Part shown: piece by piece, positions 24,232-39,200 of the stretch
Numbering within the stretch: the stretch's first letter is position 1
How the letters are laid out: every line of letters begins with the position of its first letter
DNA from: Bugula neritina
Lineage: Eukaryota; Animalia; Bryozoa
DNA: 64,000 bases
Assembly (NCBI GenBank): GCA_964035545.1
Contig: OZ037767.1
Location: 15,256,998-15,320,997 of the forward strand
Reading direction: 5' to 3'
The notes under the pieces: generated by a model
What the model was told of the DNA's origin: nothing
Databases searched by the model: none
The model's input: only the letters and a program-made list of their open reading frames with translations
Position numbers and translations under genes: made by a program

Positions 24232-27200
24232 CAGTATATATTTTCCTAGAATGTTGTTTAGAGACATAAAAAAACTGCCTATGCACAACATACTTTGCAT
24301 CTGTTTAGTATCTCGTAATTAAACATAAAAAAATCAAAGCCAATTATAAGGCAAAAGACCATAATACTGTACTATCATTGGATAGTTCTTCATCAATAAA
24401 CAGGTAGTCGCCAGTGGTGGATATGAACCCCTCCTAGATGTTTCTCGTACTTCTTCCTCAAAAAACATTTTCATTAAGCCAAAAAGAAATAACAATACAC
24501 CTTTTTAGTTGACAGTTTTTAATTTCTGACTGATATTTCACCTTATTTCCAATTATAATTAACTTTTAACCGGCACTTTTCTTTGTAGTAATTCCTACCC
24601 TTTAGACTGTGTACTTTGAAATGAGTCTGTTTTACTCGTTACATAAAGTATAGTTGCACTGGCTACAGGTTGACACAAAAGCAAGCCTATCTTGATAAAA
24701 TCATGCGCAAATGTAGAAACTACCGAGGAGTTTGTTCCTCATAATTAGAAATTGACAAATTATTTTTAATCCGTTTAAAAGCATCTGGTTAGGGAAGCAT
24801 ATGCCGTGTTCAATTTGTTATTCTAGCATTAACAATAACAGAATGCAATAATTATAAGTTTATGAAAGTAATTTGTTTTCTTTCTAATTACAAATATAAT
24901 ATTTTAGTATATATTGTAAATTTATAAGGCTTGCATTAGGAATAACGCAGCTAAAACATCATTTTCCTTAAAGTCTAAAAATATATAAGTATAACATAAT
25001 ACACTATGCCAATAAACTTATTAAAGTACCAAGCAAGCTTAGCTAGTTTAAAAAAAATTACACTAGGTAAATTCCCATTATTTATAGAATGCTTGCTGAT
25101 ATTAGCTTTTGATGTAATTAAAGTAAATTATTATTTATCTTTCTATAAGCTAAGGATTTCTTGCCGTAAGTTTTGCTTTTATGCATGGAGAAATGTCGTA
25201 ACAAACGAGTTAAATTTTTATAGCACATAAAAATGTAATCTATAAGACGAAGATATTTAAACTTAGCCATTAACTCATTTTAATTAGCAATGTAGCCTAA
25301 ATCTAATACAATACAAAATATATACCAGTATATATAATATATTTTTACCATGCTGTTAATTACAGTATTTGTAAAACAAATTTTATGCTCATTAATTAAA
25401 TGCAACAAATATTTATAAAATACTAATAATGTTGAATAAATAAATTCAATAATTCCTTTTCTATTTAAATGGCTGCATAATTTCTTGCAAGGTTGTATAA
25501 AGGAGTTGTGGCCTACAACTTATTATGTGTTCAATTGCCACATATATCTTAGGAAGAAGAAAACTCCCCAAAAATTCTTGGTTTGAAAATTCTAGTATAA
25601 TTAAAATCACTTAATATATGTCTTTGAAATGCATTTTGCCACTCTGCAAAATTGCAGGAACAAATATTGCATGAAGTAATAAATGATTTATGAAGTAATT
25701 AACAAACCAATGTAAAAACTGTTGTTGTATATAGAACACAACATTTTGATTTTCTTCAATTTCCACATCAAATCTATATATTCAATTATATCTAACCAAT
25801 GCTAATAAACTAAACATGCATGCATACAAATATTTGCATCATATGCAAGTAATATTAGCTAATTAGCAACTACAGCATTTTTTTCATTATCTTTATTGCT
25901 TGCATAATTATGTCTAAGTATTATTAAAATAAGGTTTTTATTTGCAACTTTGCACCACAAATTACATATAATCTAAAAACTTGAGTTGTGACATAGGGCT
26001 ACCTATACACAAATAGACCTTCATAAAACTCTCAATGATTTTATTCAACTCATGTATGCAAAAGTTTTACTTTAAAACAATTCTTCTAAATCACCCTAGA
26101 GCAGGAAATTATTACAAAAACAGCTTCTCATATATAATCTTTCCCCAGATTAATTTTTTTTCCTGTATTTAAACTAACTTAGCAAGTGAAGATTGTGATA
26201 TCACTCAGGTATAAATCACATATATATTATTCATAGCTGTAATACTTTAGCAATGAATAGATCATGTTTAATTTCCACTGTACCTATAGCAGTTTTTCAG
26301 AATTATAGAGCTATGTATATCGTGAAATTGGAATAGCCTAATAGTTTTACATGTGTTTATAGCTAGACAAATTAACTTAAGAGGCTTACAATAATTAAAT
26401 GATATTTGCATTCTTTTGAAGGTTATGGCGAAGCTACTGCAAAACTGGCCATTAGTTTAGCATAATATGCAATGCCACGCAAAAGCATGCCAAACAAGCA
26501 ATGTTTATTTACCTTACCAGTGCAATTTTATCACCTTAAACACAAAAGCAAGTATAAAATACACATCCATATTAGATTAACTGACAAGTTAAAAAAAGAC
26601 AACATATTTTCATGAGCTGGTTCTGTTTGCACAAGTACAATTTAGACCAGCTTATTATTTAGATTGCCACAAAAATATGACATAAAATATGTCTTTAATC
26701 ATTATTTTGATATTCACTGGTTGAAGATATTTTTTATATCCTAATATGTAAATATTGTACATAAATCTTAAGAATTAACTAGGTGAATAAGGAAAACTGC
26801 TAATTTTATGAAACTGTTATGTTAATAAAGACAATGGCTATCAACAAATCCCACCAGACCACAAACTAATTGTAAATACTAAAGCAATTATATAGTGCTA
26901 TATATTGATCTAGCCTAATCAATACACCACAAAGATGTATTATGACATACCACATTTTAAGTACTGGGTTACCATTTATTTTAATGGGTATTTGTTTAAA
27001 CTGTTATATACAGCTTTTTGCACTACTAATATACAAGCCAGTTGTTATTCTGTCACTTTTTATCTACATCTCTTTTTAATGCCAGTTACTTGTTAGCTTC
27101 AGTACAAACAGCTAAACATTCTACTCTACAGCCAATCTTACTGTTAACTCTTGTTTAACAATATTACAAGAATCTAAAAATTTGAGTGTGTTTTAAGTAT

Positions 27201-30200
27201 AATATTCTATCATTATAACTTTTAAATGAAACAATAATATGATAAATGCATTATAACTTTCTGAAAAGTTTGTTTGCAAAGTATATGTTTTTCGAAAATA
27301 GTTTTACAAAATTTGCTAGGAGCATTATATTTATTTCTATCTAAAATAATTTTGTTTGAACTGCTGTGTTTGTAATCATGTAATCAGAAGTAAAGCATCA
27401 GTAAAATGAGTATAAGTAGAAGCTTGACAGCTACATTAGGCATTGCTACATAGTACATAAATACATGGCCGTATTAAATACTTAGCTGCATTCACAGATA
27501 AATGCATGGCTTGGAATTACAATACCATGAATACATTATTTATTTAGCTGGGTAACTATACAATTATGCCAAAGTGAAAAGCCTTTGGTTATTAATGCCT
27601 GAAACGTCTAACAATCTACTTGGGAGACCACCTTGTTGTTACAGAGTGAATGAGTTATTTGTTTGGCATTTGGATGATGGCACAAAGAAAGGCTATTTGG
27701 TTTGTTACTTGAGACTAGTAGCAAACTGCTACAGTCATAGCATCTTAGAAGATTTTGCATCACTTGCTAGAATTGTACATTATTTTAATGTAGCTATTGA
27801 AATTAATATCTCACTGAAAACAGAGTATTGCAAAATCTTAAGCTGTACATAATTATATTATGCATCAAAAAGTACTTCTGCTATTTGACTATCCCAGGTT
27901 TATTTTAAACTAGCACTGCCAAAGTACCTTGACTCTAATACAGTGTTTACTAGCTAATTTTGTTCTTCTCAATAGTGAAATAGATCTATTGCAAGAAATT
28001 AATGACTAGATATAACAATAATGATTTTTAGGCAAGACTTTCGCATCTATATTGCTCATCTGCTAGCTTGAAATACCCCTCTCCTTGGACTAATCTCAGG
28101 CTTTTCATTGTTGTTTAAACAGTTTTCAAACTCCTATTTCAATAAATCATTACCAACACTGCCTGCATGTATTAATATTCATTAGTGCCATCAATGCACT
28201 GTGGAGACAGCACCTGATGTTCTGTATATTACATTATAGTACAGAGATACTAAATCCAAAACATCTAAAATAATTGATGCTTCTACCAGATTTTTAGCAC
28301 ACCTATAATATGTATTCCTGTAGTAAATATTAATAAGATGTTTTAACTGATAGTTTTTATGCCATTATAATAGTTTGATACTATAACTACAACTTGAAAC
28401 TCTTTAACCAGCACATTGGTTAGTAATATTGCTTCTTGATATTTAATTGCTGGTTCACAAACTATCAATAATAGGGATGCATATCAAAACTTGACTGCAA
28501 TCATAATATGATTTTAATGCTAGGTAATGACTAAGCATGTCTGGCTGATATGAGGTGACTATTTTGTACACTGTTTAACAACATCAGTTTTTTGGGTTCA
28601 TTTAAAGCATCTGCAAATCTGTATTATACATAATTACTGTTAGGGCCAATAAATTAAATTGTTAACCCTGAAATGCTTTTTACACTGTAATACTAAGTAG
28701 TAAAAGACATGTATATATGTATATAAACTGATTGTAATTTATACATAACATTGTACATTTAAAAAAAAATCACAAAATACATAATTTATTAGCTAAATTT
28801 CAAGGCGTTTTGTAGGTAGTGGGTTAATGTCAATAAAGTAGAATCCGGGAAGTTGAGTAGCTTTATTCAAGAGGAAGGCTCTCCAACAGTTCTACCAAAG
28901 CCTAAATAACATGTATAAAATAAAGGTTATATGTACAATTTTTTTTCCAAAACAGCCTGCAACTGTTTTGCTATTGCATATGCCCTATGCCATTCATCAA
29001 GTGGAACAATTTTAACCAGGATATCTAGAAAAGTTGACACAAGGGCTTTATAAACTATGTAACAGTAAAACTGTGAGTAGAAATTAATTGACACTAATGA
29101 ATAATGCTTTAGGTGCTGGCAACAACCATAAAAGAAAAGTTATATAACAAACAAATAGAAAAAGCACTAAACAAATCAACAGCATTATATACAATTGGGG
29201 CACATACATGAAAACAGCAGCTAGTGTCATTTTCTTAAGACAGCACTATTTTAGGTGTAAATTTAAGAAGTATTAGAAAATGCAGAAATTTACTGCAATT
29301 GGTTCATTTTATTTAAGTTAGTACATACTGAAGATCTCAAGTTTTTGCTAATGAACATGAGTTTTGGCCCGAAACTAAAAAAATATCAATAAATACACCT
29401 AAATAATCAAGGCTCTTTTTAATTTTCTTTGATTTCCTATGCTTTTTTCTAATTACAGCAACTTCTGACTGCGGATCGCCACGGTTAGTTTGTAACAGTA
29501 GGCAATCCAAATGAAATGAATAAATAGGAAAAAACATGAGAAATCATGCAAAATTAAGAAGAACCTTGATTATTTAGGTGTATTTCTTGATGTCTCACTA
29601 ATTTTAAGCAAAAAGCATTGTTCATTAGCAGCTAAATTGTAAAAATGGCTAAAAACTGCAGATTTCCAGTGTGTACTAAATTAAATAAAAGGACTCAATC
29701 ACCTTTGCAACATAATTCAATAATTGCATGGTCAAGCAGAATAAACTACAATTAACAGCAACAACAGTGTAATAGTTGCGTAGAAAAGTTGTACTGCAAA
29801 AAACTAAAAGAATGCAAAATCTATAAATGTGTGCTACTAAGTAAATGCTGAACAGACATCATGAAATAGTGTACGAAATACAAACTATTAAACTTACCTG
29901 TTGATCTAATGCAGCCAAAACCTTAAGCTTAGAGTAGTGGAATGGTGCTGTTCGATGTTGATATGCTACAAGTAGCTAAGATGACTCAAATTCTTGCCTT
30001 TAGGAGTAAGAGGCCTCAGCTCAGTTTCAACAAAACTTCTAATAATCTCAACGGATGCGCTCAATTAGGAGCCACAACAAAGCACACCCATGTCATTTTA
30101 CTAAACTCTAAAAAATGAACGGAAATAAAACTGTTAGAGAGTAAACAGAGAAACATATAGTGATGGGGGAAAAACCTGTCAGCAAAGGTTATATACACTC

Positions 30201-33200
30201 ATAGTCATAATACGGAGAAAAAGATAATGAATAACAAGCTATTCAAGATTACACAAGAAACCAAACAAATTTCTTTGACTAAAAAATATAATTAAATACT
30301 ATATTACTTGGCAAAAAATATTTGTTTTGAACACCGTATTATTGGGAAGAATTGCCAGTGTCTTAAATTTTGAGATTAAAGTTTCTGCCTTATAGCGGAA
30401 ATAGAGAGGCAATCAATAGCGTACAAAACATGTTTTCAGTCATTGGCTGTTGACTAAATTGACAAAGTTAAAGAAAGCTTCCATATCATTATTTATTTTG
30501 TTCTCAAGTGTGTGGTTACAGTTTCATGAGTCAGAAATATAATTATTTGAGATATGAAATCAAATGTAGTCAAAAGAGTGTCATACAATTTAAAATGTAG
30601 TAATAGAGCTTTGACAATAATTTCTTCTGCTAAGTAAAACAGGTACCATTATGTGCTACTTATCTTTTAGAGATGAACATCAAGGATGTTGAAAACAAAA
30701 TAGTTGTAAATTACAGCAAATACCTTTCTACTTACCTAACCAGAGAAAAAAAGTTTTCAGCCTTGCATGCACTCAGCTGGTTTTCAATGTTTGGACCAGT
30801 GACATCTTTATAACTGATAGCAGCATTATGTGATAGCTTTAGGAATTGTTACCTTAAATCTAAATTATATAGAACAAGAAATGCAAAAATATGGCATTAG
30901 TACTCATTGCACAATACACATTTGCTAGAGTAGCTAATCTAGCATCACATTAATTTAAGAAAGACAAAATTTTATTACTGTTCACAATTAATGATGAATA
31001 TTAAAATTTGAATAATTAGACAAATTAACAATGATATTGATGTTAGTTCAAACATTACTAATGGTAAACACCAAAATACTAATAGGAATAGTCATGTTAA
31101 CATCAATTAGAAAAGTAAAGATAATTTGAAAATGAGACAGTTTATAGGTCTAACTCTTATAGTTGACAAGCAATTACAGGGCAGTCATATTGATGTACCC
31201 TCAAAATGTAGCACTTTAAAAATATTAAAAAGACAGCACATATAAGAACATAATCTTAAAAATAGGCATATGTGACACCTATATTTTGATTAACAAAGAA
31301 ATCTTCTTTACTTTATTAATCTAGCTCATATAATGGTATTCTGTCTTAGTATGTTATTTTAATACTTGAAATCTAATCAGCTACAGAAAAGTACTTCAAT
31401 TCAAAGGCCTTCATAATTATTCTTTAGTTTGCTATTTAAATAGACAGTAAGGTTGATGAATAAAATAAAAGTTAGTAAAGTAAAAACTAAATAAATTGAG
31501 AATAATATCTCCACTCTAAGGTTATAATCATTATAAATTGATATTTTAATACTCCTGTTATCCTTAGGTATAGTTGTTAGCAATTCAACTATGAGCTCGA
31601 AGCCAAATGTCAGTATCAGCATCCCCATTACATTGACTAAGACTGACTTTATAACCCTCAAGCTGTGGCACTCAATTTATATAAGTAGTAACTAATAACA
31701 AATATAAAATTATTTATTTGCTACTGATAGTGATAATAACAATAATTAAAAATAATAATATGATCAATTAAAATAGAACTAATAAAGCCAACGACGTTAA
31801 TGGTATGTCTAACTAAACATGGCATGTCTCGTCTGGCAGTGGGTATGTGGAGGACCAGGCAACCTACGGCCGTCAACCCGTTACTGGCACAACTAGAAGA
31901 AGATACTCAAGAGAAGACAACAAAGTTGTCATGAAATGCTGCTTCAAAAGTACACCCAAATTGAGAGGTTATAGAAAAACAATGTATGAGCTCTGTAGAC
32001 CCGGATCAAAGAATTATTTAAAAAGAATGTGCAAACGCTGGAAAACAGAGGAGAGTTTAACATCAGCGAATAGAGACTAGCGGATTAAGCAAGAACTATG
32101 AAGAAACACAAGCATTTTATGGAAGAAGAACTCCATAAGATTGAAGAAGGAACCTTGCAAGAACTAGGCACATCAATTGGTGAAGAAGATAATGAAGAGC
32201 TAAATTTGCAAATAGAGGATGTTATAGTACAACATGAGATAGCATATAAATCAGCCATGAGAATTTTAAGAGTACCTAGTTCAGAGGTAGAAAAAGTGTT
32301 ATAGTAGAAAAATTATAAATGAGCATAACAAACTATCTAATGATCGACCAACACTAAGAGCCCTTAGGCACATTGAGAGGGTCAAATTACTACAGGCAGT
32401 AAAACAGATTAATGATGTGCTAAACTGTGTTGAGATTATTAATACCATTGAGCTTAATAACACCACCATGGCTTGTGCGAAAAATAGTAACAGAACAAGT
32501 GTGTAACAAAAAGGAAAAAGAAAAACTGACAATGTACAAGTATGGAAAATACGACTGCAGAAGAAATAAAAAAAAATTAGATCAGACTTAAGTAAAATAG
32601 CAGAGTGAAAAAGTAGAGCTTACAATGATTCATTGAGAAGAATGGTTGAAGAAAAATATAGGATAAAAAACAAAGAGTGTGGTGAAGTGATTGAAAAACT
32701 GAAGCAAAACCTGAGAGCTGTAAGCCAGAAGATAAACAGATATACATAATGAGTTGATCAATATAATCAGAACACAATGTTTACAATGATAAGCGCTTTT
32801 ATCAAGAATTACGAGGAAATGAATGTACATCTAAAGAGGCACTTGACAAGGAAATCAAAAGCATTCTGATAAAATATATGGGGTCAGCCAACTAAAAATA
32901 ATACCAATGCAGAATGACTAAATAAAGTTAGCAACAAATTGGAGCATATGTAAAGACAAGGAAATTAGATCTTAAAAACGATGCAAACAACTGGAATAGC
33001 AATTAATGTCATAAGGTTGATAAGAAAAAGCATGAAATCTGGAAAACACAACTGAAATACCTGGAAGAAAAGATAGGAGAAATAAAGATCAAACTAAGAA
33101 TTTTCCGAGGAGACTCTTTATCTTTATCCCTTTTCTCCAACTACCGATTCGCATGACAGAAGCGGCTCAATGATGCAAATTTCGACGAGACAGAAAACAA

Positions 33201-36200
33201 ACCATCTCCTATATGTGGATGACCTGAAGGTAAATAGGAAATCAAAGTCAGAACTGGAAGCTTTGGTAAACACTGCCGGGATCTTCACAAGGAATATAGA
33301 AATGAAATTTGGATTAAAAAATGTGCCACACTGGTTATGAGAAAGGGAAAGAAAATCAAGGACACAGGAATCAGTTTGCCTGATGAACGGGTAATCAAAG
33401 ATCTGGGTGAGAAGCCGTATAAATATCTAGAAGTTCTTGAGATTGATAGAATACAAATATATGAAATGAAAAATAAGATCAAGGAGTACTACAAACAAAT
33501 AAGAAAGGTTTTGGATTCAAAACTGAATGGTGAGAACACAATCAAAGCAATAAACACATGGGCAGTAACAGCAGTGCATTACACAGCTAGAATACTTGAC
33601 TGAACTGTTTCATGAGCTAAAAAATATGGACTGAAAGACAAGGAAGCTAATGACAACAAACCGTGCACCCTATCCGAGAGCAGATGTAGGCAGGCTGTAT
33701 TTTAGCAGAAGGGAAGGCGGTAGAAGAATGTTGTCAACTGAAAAATGCATAAAGATTGAAAACTGCAGCATGTCAGACTACATAAATATAACATAGACTG
33801 ATAGAAACACCACACTGAATACCTTTCTAAAAGACAAAACAGCGGTAGAACTAAATAATGATAAAGTGATAGAAAGAATTGATGAGTGTAAAGAAAAAGC
33901 TTCACGTGGTCAATACATCAAAATGGTGGAAGACATGAAAGCATTTTCCTGGAACTGGTTGAAGTATGGTTGGCTGAAAAAGGAAACAGAAGGACTGCTG
34001 ACAGCTGCGCAAGATCAACTATTCATTACTAGAAATTATAAAGTGGCTATGGTGAGAGAACAGGGTAGCAAGAAGTGTGGAATGTGTAACGCAAGAGACA
34101 AAACTTCGATGCACGTATTGAGTGAGTTTGAGAAGGTAGCAGAAGGAGAATATAAGAAAAAACACAACCTTTTGGCATTGATAATTTCAATAGTAGTTGT
34201 GTGAACTTCGTGGGTTTCAGAAAAGTAAGAATTGGTACGGCCATCAAGCAGAATCAGTACTGGAAAATGATAATGTAAAAACCTTGTAAGATTTTAACAT
34301 ACACACTGACGTAGTCATCAAAGTTAGGAGACCCGATATATTAGTAGTTGACAAGCATAATGCTGAAACAACGATAATTGATATCACAGTCCCTGTTAAC
34401 TACAGAGTAAAAGAAAAAAAATTCGAAAAGTTAGGAAAATATCAGAATTTAGCACTAGAATAAACCCGCCTTTGGAAAACATCAAAAAAGTCATCCCGTT
34501 GTAACTGGAGCCTTTGGAGCTTTATACAAGATTGTAGACTGGCTGACACTACTTGGAGTAGCTGAAAACAAATGCTCATTAATTCAGCAGACACCCTTAC
34601 TAGGATCAGGATAAGCTCACATCCTGAGGAAAGTTCTATCCATTTCAGCCTAGTATAACTAGGCCAATGGTAAAAGGTTACACCAGCTAAAAAACTACGG
34701 TCAATCAACAATAATAATAATATACAACTATATTAGTGCAGTTGGTTCTATTATTAGATTAGCATATCGATTATGACTTTTCGATTGCCACCCTGATACT
34801 ATGAGTAAAATGTACAAGCATACGTGAAAGTATAGATATGATCATAAGTATAAAAATAGGTATAAGTATAAATATAAATATAGGTACAAGTATAAAACGA
34901 ATGATTATATTATTAATAATATTAGTCAGTGATACCTATAACCGTAATGGTTTTTAGACTTACAGTTATCATTAACATTAGCTGAGTAATATGATTAGTT
35001 AAAATAATGGTATTCATTATTATATCATAGTTATAAGTTATAACTCTAGTCTCTAAAGAGCAACAGCAAGTGTAATTGGGATATTCATATTAAACTTCAT
35101 ATTCACATAGTGCAATGTTTATGTTATGAACTAATTTATTCCTTCAACATTTAACTATAAATATGATTAACACTAACTTTGACCAGCAGTATTACTAAAA
35201 GAAGCGTATTACACATATAAGATAATAAAATTCTAGTAGTAGGACTAATAGTATTACTAGGTCCAGTATTATTCTTGTTATCTTATTCATCATTCATGAG
35301 TTATCAAATTTAAAATTACTACTTATTAGCATCAGCATATAAAAAGTAAGATCATTAGGAATAATTATCATGAGGTATGATCTATGATTTGCATTATTCA
35401 GATATAGTTTAATATCAATATGATATATTATTATTGCTGATAGTCTATGTTATAGTTAAATTTATACTTATCTTTACAGTTACCTATAGTAGCACTTCTT
35501 AGTTATTTGTGGTAGCCAAACTAATGTTTAATATTAATAAATTAAACTGAGTATCATAAAAGTGTTACTAAGAATTTTAATTATAATCGTAATGGTGATC
35601 ATATTACTTTATTATAATTATTATATTTAATCATTAATGCTCAACTGAGTTAATGTATACACTTTGAGTTTTACTATTACTCATTATATTTACACTTATA
35701 GTAAAACTAAATATGTAAAAGTTATACTTATACTATTATTATTCGTATTTCATTAGACTTACATCTAAGATCGCAGTCCTATTACTACTACCACTGATAC
35801 TAGTACTACAACTAGTACTAGTACTGCTACTAGTACTAGTACTACTACTACTACTACTACTACTAATAGTACTGTTACTACTACTACTACTACTAGTACT
35901 ACTACTAGGTCTACTACTGTACTAGTACAACTACAAACTTTGAAAATAACTGCAAGAAAGGTATGACTTACTCTTTTTCTTAGTCTTACTGTGACTCTCA
36001 GTCGTAAAGTAAAATAAAATTGTGAACTGTAAAGTTAAACCCAAGGCTGAAATTTATTTAATTAAATTTAGACAATCTGAATCATTGGCTCAATCCTTGA
36101 GTTTGACTATTACTATTATTATTAGTGTTACGATTGTGATTATCATTGGCATTATGCCATTATCATTATGATTGTAATTGTGGTAATTCTAACATTAATT

Positions 36201-39200
36201 ATAATCATAAATTAAAAGGTAATGATTAATGATAATTATTTTTATTTTGTAATCATAATGATAATCATAATGATGTAAATTTTGATGTAAATTTTGATGT
36301 AAAACCAAAATACTAAAACTAAAAGTAAAAGTTATAAAATTAAATGATAAAATATCATAATGATAATTATTATATTTATTATATTATTATTGAATATATT
36401 ATTTCATTAGAAAATAGGTTGCAGCTTAGCATGATTAAAATTCAGTAAAAATTAGTTTACCAACAGCAAACATGCATGCGTCTTGTCAACATTCAATTCG
36501 TAGTGCCATAGCGAAGCCAGATTACTGGTAGTACGACTACTAGAACTACTACTACTAGTGATGGATCCTTGGCGATTTTAGCTGTGAGTGACCTTCACCT
36601 CACATTCTCGTCATGTGCGCGGCATTAGACTAAGTAGAGGGTATAAAGCACTGAGCTGGAAAATAAATAATATATTTTAATTATAGGTAATACTAATAGT
36701 AATATAATTTATTGTAATATATAGGTAATATTATTGAGTTCATTGGTATGGAGTATAAACCTATCACTGATAGTATCAGTATCAACTACCACTTACGTAC
36801 TACTTCAACTTATAACTTACCTTCAACTCAAACTGCTTAGAATCATTTGTCTTTGATCATATTGGCATTGTCATTGTGATTGTAATAACTATTAATATTT
36901 TTAGTTCAACATCAATGCCGAACATATTGTAATAACTAATAAGATAATCATAAGGTTGATATATTTTGCTAATACTAATACTAATAGTAATAGTTATAGT
37001 AATTCAGTGTCACTCTCACTCTGGTGGAGTGAGACTCAGACTTAGAGTTAGAGACCGAGTGAGTCCGAGTAAGTCTGAGTGTTGGTAATAGTAATAGTCA
37101 TATAAATTTAAATTATATTTACTTATTTCTAGCAATCACAATGGCAATAGTTATAGTAACTTTCACTTACTCTTAAATCATTGAACCTGAACTAAAAGTA
37201 AAATTAAGCATTATGATTATGATTATCATTATGATTATACCTATGATTTTATTATGTTTAAATTAAAAATCAATATCATGATAATATCATAGTGATAGAC
37301 ATATTATTGATAAATGATAATATAAAAGTAATTTGATAAATTATACATTGATTTTGAATTAAGGTGATACTGATACTAGACCGGTACTGAAAGTGATAGT
37401 AATACTAATAGTAATAGTAATAGTCATATAAATTTAAGTTATATTTACTCATTACCGGCAATCACAATGGCAATAGTAACTTAAACTGTAACAGTAATGG
37501 TATGGGTATGTTTGAAATTGTCACTATCAATATTGCTATGAATCAAAATATAATGCTATCATACCAATAATTTAAAATAGTATTACAAAGCTTCAGTAGC
37601 AACTTTTACTTGTACCAGTTTGGAATTTTGAATTATACATATTCTTAGTTAAAGTCTTCAAGTTTATTGTCAAAATGAACTTGAAATTAAAGACTTAGTA
37701 GTAAAAATTAAACTAAGACTGACTGTAAGTGACTAAGAAAAAAAATAAGTAATTTTAAATATCGATTTAGTATTTTTCTTACTCTTTGTCTTAAAATTGA
37801 CTTTTATTTTGCACCTACTCCTGGTCAATGATTCTTTTTTCTATTTATATTACTATTGCTATTAGTATAATTGACTTAAATTTAATAATAGATATGATTA
37901 TATCTTTATAAATGTGATATTTGATTTTACGAATAGTAATTCGAAAACTCTTTGGTATTATTTATTTTTGATCATTGTAGTTATTATCATTATATTTGTA
38001 TAATAATTATGATTATCAAATTCAATATCGATATTTGTATTATGGTATGGATATCTGCCTCCATCCCATATTCTATTTTGCAGTGCCTTTTTACATTCAC
38101 GTCTAGGTTCGCATTGCGATGGTCATACTGATAGCACTTGGGGACAGTGATGAGCATAATGATTATCACTAATATTAAGATTATCGTTATTAGGATTTAG
38201 AATTATTTAATAAACAAGCAACTTAAAACAAATGTTCTTACTAATATACATATTAATTACTAATATAAATATACTACTATGAATATCATAATTATTATAC
38301 TTTACAATTCAAAGTAGGATAATCATAATACGAACTGGTAAAACTAAATATAAAGTAAATGTAATAATACTAATAGTAGTTATCCATTCCCCTTTGGTTT
38401 CACATACTAATAATTGGAAACCTCTGTCGTAATATTATTTCTATTAATATTGCTCAAAGTTTGATCCCTATTTAATTTTATAGTTCACTCACCAGCTACA
38501 TAATTTTATTAAAATACATGTAGTATTGGTTATAGTACTAGTGAAACTTGAAGTTGAATAGCATGCTTATTACTCACTGCTCTTTGCTTACATTATTAGG
38601 GTTACTCTTTAGTCTTAGAGATACCCTAACATAAACTTGAAAGCTGGAGGTAGTACTAGTCTAGTGCTGTGGTAATCCTACACTGTTGACTTATCAACAC
38701 TGTGACTATAATTATGACTCCTAAGTCAAAGTCATTTTCATATAGTAGTAATCACTATGACAGACTGAAAGTCAGGAAGACTAAATATAATGGTAAAGTG
38801 TGTAAGAATAAATCATACTTAATCAATTACTTTTAGTTTTGTTACCAGTGTTGGGTCAACTTTCAGAATAAAGAATAAATATAATTATAAAGATAAATGG
38901 ATAAAAATTCCAATCATGGTTTAATGTGCCTATTTTAAGCTGTTAATTTAATTACTATAATATAAGTGCTCAAAATACAACTTTTGATTTTCATAATTAT
39001 GTTTTAATTTAATACAGATACCATAGTATCATATACAGTAGAATCAGTTGTATCTTATTTAATAATGAAGTAACTTATTAGAGCTTTCACAGTTATTAAT
39101 TATTCACTTGTTAGTCTTTGAACTAGGACAATGTTTGAAACTTGAAGTAGAATGAAGTTTGATTTCAGTTACCGCAATGGTATCTGCAGTCACAATAGGA